Shown here: positions 58,925 through 64,000 of the stretch, in pieces
Layout of the letters: each line of letters opens with the position of its first letter
Position numbering within the stretch: the stretch's first letter is position 1
NCBI GenBank assembly: GCA_000146465.1
Contig: CP001945.1
Length of the DNA stretch: 64,000 nt
Reading direction: 5' to 3' (one strand)
Program-made: the position numbers and the translations under genes
The notes under the pieces: generated by a model
What the model saw: the letters and a program-made list of their open reading frames with translations, nothing else
Told to the model about the DNA's origin: nothing
Databases searched by the model: none

Positions 58925-60457
58925 ATGGTTAAAAACAATAACGAAGTTGAACTTTCTGAAGAGGACTTCTATGTCCAAAGATCAAGTATGGTGAAAGGGG
59001 AGATGAGCCAAGGAAAAAACATGTATCCCCACAAGTTTGAGGTGACTCACAGCTTTGGGGAGATCCTTAGAAAGATAGGAGAGGTAAAGGAGCAGTTTGT
59101 TGCAGAAGACGTGGTTCAATCTGCAGGAAGGATAATGAGTATCAGGCTCCACTCCCGATTCTGCTTTTTCATAATTTCTTCTTGTGGAGAGAGTATCCAA
59201 CTCGTTGTAGATGCCAAGAAAGAGGGAAGTGAGCAGATAATCAAGTTTCTGAAGAGGGGAGACATTGTTGGGTTTATAGGGAACGTTGGAAGAACAAGGA
59301 CTCTAGAACCCTCTGTGTTCGCCACTGATGTGAAGGTCCTTACTCCATGCCTTAGGACCATTCCGACGGAGCACTTTGGATTGAAGGATCCTGAGACGAT
59401 ATACAGGAGGAGATACATGGATCTTCTCATCAACCGGGAGTCGAAGGAAAGGTTTGAAAAGAGAACACAGATCATCAGGTATATTAGGAGCTTCTTGGAC
59501 TCGCGGGGGTTTCTAGAAGTTGAGACGCCTATGATGAATCTGATTCCTGGAGGAGCAGCAGCAAAGCCTTTTATAACTCATCACAATGAGCTTAACTTGA
59601 ATCTTTACATGAGAGTATCTCCCGAGCTGTACCTGAAGAAGCTTGTTGTCGGGGGCCTTGACAGAGTGTATGAGATAGGAAAGCAGTTTAGAAATGAAGG
59701 AATTGATCTTACCCACAATCCCGAGTTTACATCCTGTGAATTCTACATGGCCTATGGGGACTACAATGATCTTATGAAGATGACTGAAGAGCTTATGAGC
59801 GGAATAGTTCAGGAGATGTTTGGAACAGACACGATAGTTTACAATCCAAGGAAGAGAGGAGAGGAGATCAAGCCGGTGTCTCTATCATTCAAGAGGCCCT
59901 TCCGAGTGATTAGCATAATCGAGGAGCTTAACACTCGTCTTGGGTTAGATCTTAGTGGAGAGACTCTTGATAACGAGGAGACCTTGGAAAAACTTCTTGG
60001 GGTTTGTGAAAAAGAAGGAATCCATGTTGAGAAACCTCGTACACTTACAAGAGTGCTTGACAAGCTTATTGGACATGTGATTGAGCCTCAGTGTGTTAAT
60101 CCGACCTTTATAAAAGATTATCCAATAGCAATGTCTCCCTTGGCTAAGAACCATCGATCAAAGCCTGGCTTGACTGAAAGATTCGAACTTTTTATCAACT
60201 GTAAGGAAGTGTGCAATGCCTATACGGAGCTAAACAACCCTTTTGAACAGAGGGAGAGATTCCTTCAGCAGGCACAGGACATAAATGCTGGAGATGACGA
60301 GGCCATGATGAACGACGAAGACTTTTGCACGGCTCTTGAGTATGGGCTTCCGCCCACTGCCGGATGGGGCCTGGGGATTGACAGATTTGTGATGTATCTG
60401 ACGAATGCAGCTAATATCCGGGATGTTATTTTCTTTCCCACTATGAAGCCTGAATAA
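58925..60457 (+). CDS. KRS1: Lysyl-tRNA synthetase (class II)
   Basis: N-terminal OB anticodon-binding domain. Class II motifs: FLEVETPMM (motif 1), [11 protein letters not shown]...[16 protein letters not shown] (motif 2) and [20 protein letters not shown] (motif 3). Confidence 0.95.
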   Translation: MVKNNNEVELSEEDFYVQRSSMVKGEMSQGKNMYPHKFEVTHSFGEILRKIGEVKEQFVAEDVVQSAGRIMSIRLHSRFCFFIISSCGESIQLVVDAKKEGSEQIIKFLKRGDIVGFIGNVGRTRTLEPSVFATDVKVLTPCLRTIPTEHFGLKDPETIYRRRYMDLLINRESKERFEKRTQIIRYIRSFLDSRGFLEVETPMMNLIPGGAAAKPFITHHNELNLNLYMRVSPELYLKKLVVGGLDRVYEIGKQFRNEGIDLTHNPEFTSCEFYMAYGDYNDLMKMTEELMSGIVQEMFGTDTIVYNPRKRGEEIKPVSLSFKRPFRVISIIEELNTRLGLDLSGETLDNEETLEKLLGVCEKEGIHVEKPRTLTRVLDKLIGHVIEPQCVNPTFIKDYPIAMSPLAKNHRSKPGLTERFELFINCKEVCNAYTELNNPFEQRERFLQQAQDINAGDDEAMMNDEDFCTALEYGLPPTAGWGLGIDRFVMYLTNAANIRDVIFFPTMKPE

Positions 60458-60477
60458 ATATTTTGCCAGATTTAGGG

Positions 60478-62373
60478 ATGGAAATAATGCGAAGAGGGTT
60501 GGCCCTTACAAAAGTTCTAAACATTCTTATGGCGTTGGGTGGAGCTAAAAAAATAAGACTTGATTCTGGGGATGGAGTCTCTTGCTCGGACTCTGGAGAA
60601 ATCCTGGATGGAATGCTAAACCTAATGGAGATGTATGGGGTGGATGGATATCTTACACTTACTTCGGACGAACACCTAAATGAGTATATAGGAGAGGGAG
60701 ATCAAAGGGTTAGGTTCCTGACGGGGTTTTCTGGATCGAACGGAATGGCTGTAACATGTGCCTATCCTGCTTTGTATACGGATTCGAGGTATTACATTCA
60801 AGCAGCAAACGAGTCGAAGAAGTACAAGCTTAAGAAGATGGAAGAAGACGAGAGAATTGAAGAGTATTTGGAAGCATGCAAATGTAAACAGATTGGAATA
60901 TGCAAGAAGTTCATGAGATCTAAGAGATACGAGGATCTAAAGAAGAGGTTGGAGTCCAAAGGAATATCTTTGAAGCCTATTGATGAGGATCTTGTGGATA
61001 TCTTGTGGAAAGACAAGCCGAAAAGGACATTTAATAAGGTGTATAGTATTGAAGAAGAGAGGATTTCGAAGTACAAAGAGGAGCTTATGGAATTGTGCCA
61101 AGATCCTGAGGACAAGAATATATTAGAAGGGAAAGTCCTTGATAGGGATGTTAGCGTTGTTGGAAGAACATATAAGGAAAAGATAGAAGAGATAAGATCA
61201 TTTCTTGAGGTAGGCCAAACAATGGTCTTTACGGAGCTTGACACAATAGCCTGGATGTTTAATCTCAGAGGATCGGATGTTTCCTACAACCCTGTTTTTT
61301 ACTCTTACGCCCTTTTATCCAAGGATTCAGCAAAGCTATTTACCAATGAAGGGAATATAAAGATGGATGGAGTGGAAGTTTATCCTTACGACGACTTCTC
61401 CAAACATGCAGCAGAGCTCGAGGGTGATATTATTATTTCCGGGGAGTGTAATGCATATATAAAGGATCTGTTCAAGAACGTGCAGTATTGCGACAAGGTG
61501 AGGCTTCTCCAGTCGCAGAAGAGAGAGGTAGAAATCGAAGGATTCCGTTTGTCTTATATGTTTGATGGAATGGCACTTGTAGAGCTATTTGAGTGGATAG
61601 ATCTAAGTCTTGATAAGGGGATATCTGAAAAGAATATCAAAGAGAAGCTGGAAGAGATCAAGAAAAGGTTTTCTGGATATGTCCAGCCCAGCTTTGAATC
61701 AATAGTTGGAGGAGGGCCAAATGGAGCAATTGTTCACCACAAGGCAAGTGATAGGCCTGTATCTCGAGATGAAGTTATCCTTATTGATAGCGGGTCTCAA
61801 TACATGTTTGGAACCACAGACACCACACGGACCTTGCATTTTGGAAATCCAAAAGACGAGGAAAGAAAGAGCTACACCCGTGTTCTCAAAGGACAACTAA
61901 GATCAATGAGGATGAAATTTCCGCTCTCTATGAATGCATCTGTGCTGGATTCAATGTCAAGAATAGACTTGTGGAGCGAGATGCTTGACTACGGGCATGC
62001 TACAGGGCACGGAGTGGGGCACTTTCTGTGTGTTCACGAACATCCCCCAACCATCTCCTTTGGAGGTGAACAGACTCTAAAACCTGGGCAGGTGTTTTCG
62101 ATTGAGCCGGGGTTTTACAAGGAGGGAGAATATGGGATAAGAATTGAAAATCTTGTATATCTGAAAGAAATCAATCAGAAGTTCTACAAGATCCAAAACT
62201 TGACCTTTGTCCCATATCACCTCAAGCTTGTAGATACCGCCATGATGTCCCAGGAAGAGGTAGATCATTTGAACAGAATCTCCGAAGAGATAAGACTCAT
62301 CTTGAAACCCCTCATGAAAGGAAGACCTGGATACAGGTATCTTATGGAAAATACAGAACCTATCAGTAAATAA
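60478..62373 (+). CDS. Xaa-Pro aminopeptidase (M24B family)
   Basis: Pita-bread fold metal ligands ...ILIDSGSQYMFGTTDTTRT..., HATGHGVGHFLCVHE and FSIEPGFY. The track ORF starts on TTG at 60463; ATG at 60478. Confidence 0.85.
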   Translation: MEIMRRGLALTKVLNILMALGGAKKIRLDSGDGVSCSDSGEILDGMLNLMEMYGVDGYLTLTSDEHLNEYIGEGDQRVRFLTGFSGSNGMAVTCAYPALYTDSRYYIQAANESKKYKLKKMEEDERIEEYLEACKCKQIGICKKFMRSKRYEDLKKRLESKGISLKPIDEDLVDILWKDKPKRTFNKVYSIEEERISKYKEELMELCQDPEDKNILEGKVLDRDVSVVGRTYKEKIEEIRSFLEVGQTMVFTELDTIAWMFNLRGSDVSYNPVFYSYALLSKDSAKLFTNEGNIKMDGVEVYPYDDFSKHAAELEGDIIISGECNAYIKDLFKNVQYCDKVRLLQSQKREVEIEGFRLSYMFDGMALVELFEWIDLSLDKGISEKNIKEKLEEIKKRFSGYVQPSFESIVGGGPNGAIVHHKASDRPVSRDEVILIDSGSQYMFGTTDTTRTLHFGNPKDEERKSYTRVLKGQLRSMRMKFPLSMNASVLDSMSRIDLWSEMLDYGHATGHGVGHFLCVHEHPPTISFGGEQTLKPGQVFSIEPGFYKEGEYGIRIENLVYLKEINQKFYKIQNLTFVPYHLKLVDTAMMSQEEVDHLNRISEEIRLILKPLMKGRPGYRYLMENTEPISK

Positions 62374-62490
62374 AGGCCTCTATACTGTTTTTTGATTGTT
62401 CTCTAAAGATTTATTTAACAATATTGCACTGGCGAACTTCTCCATTCCTTTTGTGAGAAAATACAACAATTAGTTCAGAGATAGCACTAA

Positions 62491-63231
62491 TCAAACATCG
62501 TACTCGGGAGGATCAATCAAGTCGTACAACAGATTGATGTTTCTTTTGCAAAGAGGGCAGGTATCCTTCAAATCTAGCCATTCGTCTATGCACTCTTGAT
62601 GGAAATGATGGCCACACGGGAGGAGCTTCAGCTTGATTCCCGGAATGTAGTTATCAAAGCATATTGCACAATGGTATGTGTCATCGGAAACATCATTTTG
62701 GTCCTTATACATAACCTCCTGGAGCTTTGGCTTCACAAATGTTATGAGGAACAGAAGCAAAACAATGGCCAGGAGAGGGGCAATGAAGGCCACAAATCCA
62801 AGTCCTACAAACACAACCGTCGTATAGTACAGCAATGGATTTGCAACATTACAATTTTCGCATTCTTGAATCCAGTTGAACCCGATGAGGTACCAGAACA
62901 AAAGAAGAGCTTCTATGAAGTTGGAAAACAGGGTTATGTCTGTGTTCTCCCTGTACTCTGGTATTCTACTGATTCTAAAGAATGGGAGGTTTTTCGACAT
63001 GAATATCCCGAACTTGGCTATTGTTATTACCATGTATACAAGCAGAAAAAGTTTTAAGGGAACTTCACACTTTTCGTTTCTCGTAAGAAAGAGTATAATG
63101 AAGCTGGTAACGATCTTGAGGACCTTTAGAAACCCTTCTACAATGATTAATGCCTTCAGAAACTTCAATGCGTTGGTTCTTTCCTGAGCTTGGGAATTTA
63201 TAAAATCCGGCTCGCCATCCCTCACATCCAT
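62491..63231 (-). CDS. RING-H2 finger membrane protein (putative E3 ubiquitin ligase)
   Basis: Four or more TM helices, then a C-terminal RING-H2 domain CAICFDNYIPGIKLKLLPCGHHFHQECIDEWLDLKDTCPLCKR. Confidence 0.75.
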   Translation of the reverse strand: MDVRDGEPDFINSQAQERTNALKFLKALIIVEGFLKVLKIVTSFIILFLTRNEKCEVPLKLFLLVYMVITIAKFGIFMSKNLPFFRISRIPEYRENTDITLFSNFIEALLLFWYLIGFNWIQECENCNVANPLLYYTTVVFVGLGFVAFIAPLLAIVLLLFLITFVKPKLQEVMYKDQNDVSDDTYHCAICFDNYIPGIKLKLLPCGHHFHQECIDEWLDLKDTCPLCKRNINLLYDLIDPPEYDV

Positions 63232-63360
63232 TCACATCCTTTTTTCTATTTTTCTTTTTATTTTTTTCAAAGGGGCTGTCTGTCTCCATTGGTAAATCCT
63301 AAAACCCTCTGTATAAATGGGAGTCCAGAATGGGAATTTTTCGATTGCTACGGTTCTGGA

Positions 63361-64000
63361 CTAGTGGGATTGCTCAAATCCTCTTTGAAGAGAGAGACAC
63401 CGTGCCTCGAGCTTGTACATGTACTTGGATGGGGATACCTTCCTCACTATCTTTATCATGGCTGGATCTGCCCGAAGACCCACTCTTGAGAAGATGTATT
63501 GAATGACGTCTTCATTGCTTTTGCAGAAGAAATAGCAGTGAACCAACGACTTATTCCCCCAGGCACTAATTTTTTGAAGATAGTCCAAGCTATACTCGGG
63601 TAGATTCAAGAAGAAATGGTCTACTTCTCTTCCTGCCATTTTCTCGAGGAATTCGGCTGCAGGGAGATTGAAGATTTCAATCTTTTTTGGATCGAGCTTA
63701 TTGATCTTAATGGATTTCCTTAAGCATTCAATGGCGTGAGAGTTCAAGTCGTTTGAGTATACTCTGCAGCCCTTCTTAAGTGCTGCCAACGAAACAGGCC
63801 CCACTCCACAGAAGGGATCGCACACCACATCCCCAACCTGGAACTTCTTCACAAGAATCATTCTTTCGCTTTGGAGCTTGGAACACCAATAGACATTTCT
63901 ATAGTCTATGCAAAAGAGAATGTCTCCTTCCCTGTGAATAGTCTCCAGCACAGGATCTCCTCCTATAACCTCCAGATCAAAGGATCGATACTCATTCGAT
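63361..64000 (-). CDS. tRNA methyltransferase of the TRM5/TYW2 class; the N-terminus continues beyond the window
   Basis: VGDVVCDPFCGVGPVSLAALKKGCRVYSNDLNSHAIECLRKSIKINKL matches the class-I MTase motif I/II of Trm5/Tyw2 (DMFAGIGPF..PAAKKG..V.ANDLNP). The track 'M' at 63951 is a GTG. The frame stays open to position 64000, so the 5' end is off-window. Confidence 0.6.
   Translation of the reverse strand, partial: SNEYRSFDLEVIGGDPVLETIHREGDILFCIDYRNVYWCSKLQSERMILVKKFQVGDVVCDPFCGVGPVSLAALKKGCRVYSNDLNSHAIECLRKSIKINKLDPKKIEIFNLPAAEFLEKMAGREVDHFFLNLPEYSLDYLQKISAWGNKSLVHCYFFCKSNEDVIQYIFSRVGLRADPAMIKIVRKVSPSKYMYKLEARCLSLQRGFEQSH

Overview
This window reads as a microsporidian nuclear chromosome segment, probably Encephalitozoonidae-like; it is not prokaryotic. 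Positions 1-3811 carry an rDNA unit on the minus strand: a 1292-nt SSU with intact 5' and 3' ends, a roughly 30-nt ITS, and an LSU whose 5' end is fused to a 5.8S-like segment. The LSU runs to the window edge, which suggests a subtelomeric rDNA context. The remaining 60 kb is extremely gene-dense, at about one gene per kb with intergenic spacers of 14-300 bp. I count about 57 protein-coding genes on both strands and three tRNA genes: Lys-CTT, Ile-AAT and an intron-containing Ile-TAT. The ORF track uses TTG/GTG as start codons, so I re-anchored CDS starts to the first in-frame ATG that has upstream CCC/GGG and AAATTT-like motifs. Recognisable products include TOP2, LysRS, Xaa-Pro aminopeptidase, DEAH helicase, HECT E3, RPN1, RPN8, KRR1, DIM1, FCF1-like PIN protein, TFIIS, TFIIH p44, ADA2, ERO1, PP2A-B56, a DHHC palmitoyltransferase, ribosomal proteins S29, S5, L27e and SA, and ABC, MFS, SLC41 and SLC35 transporters. 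There are several lineage-specific orphan proteins. The main things worth a second look are: a PTH2 gene split by a 23-nt GTAAGT...TTTAG spliceosomal intron; a tRNA-Ile(UAU) with a 41-nt intron; an expansion of five HSF-type DNA-binding-domain proteins, three of them in a tight cluster; a signal-peptide ORF that runs into the rDNA promoter region; and a PP2A-B56 gene with no in-frame ATG.
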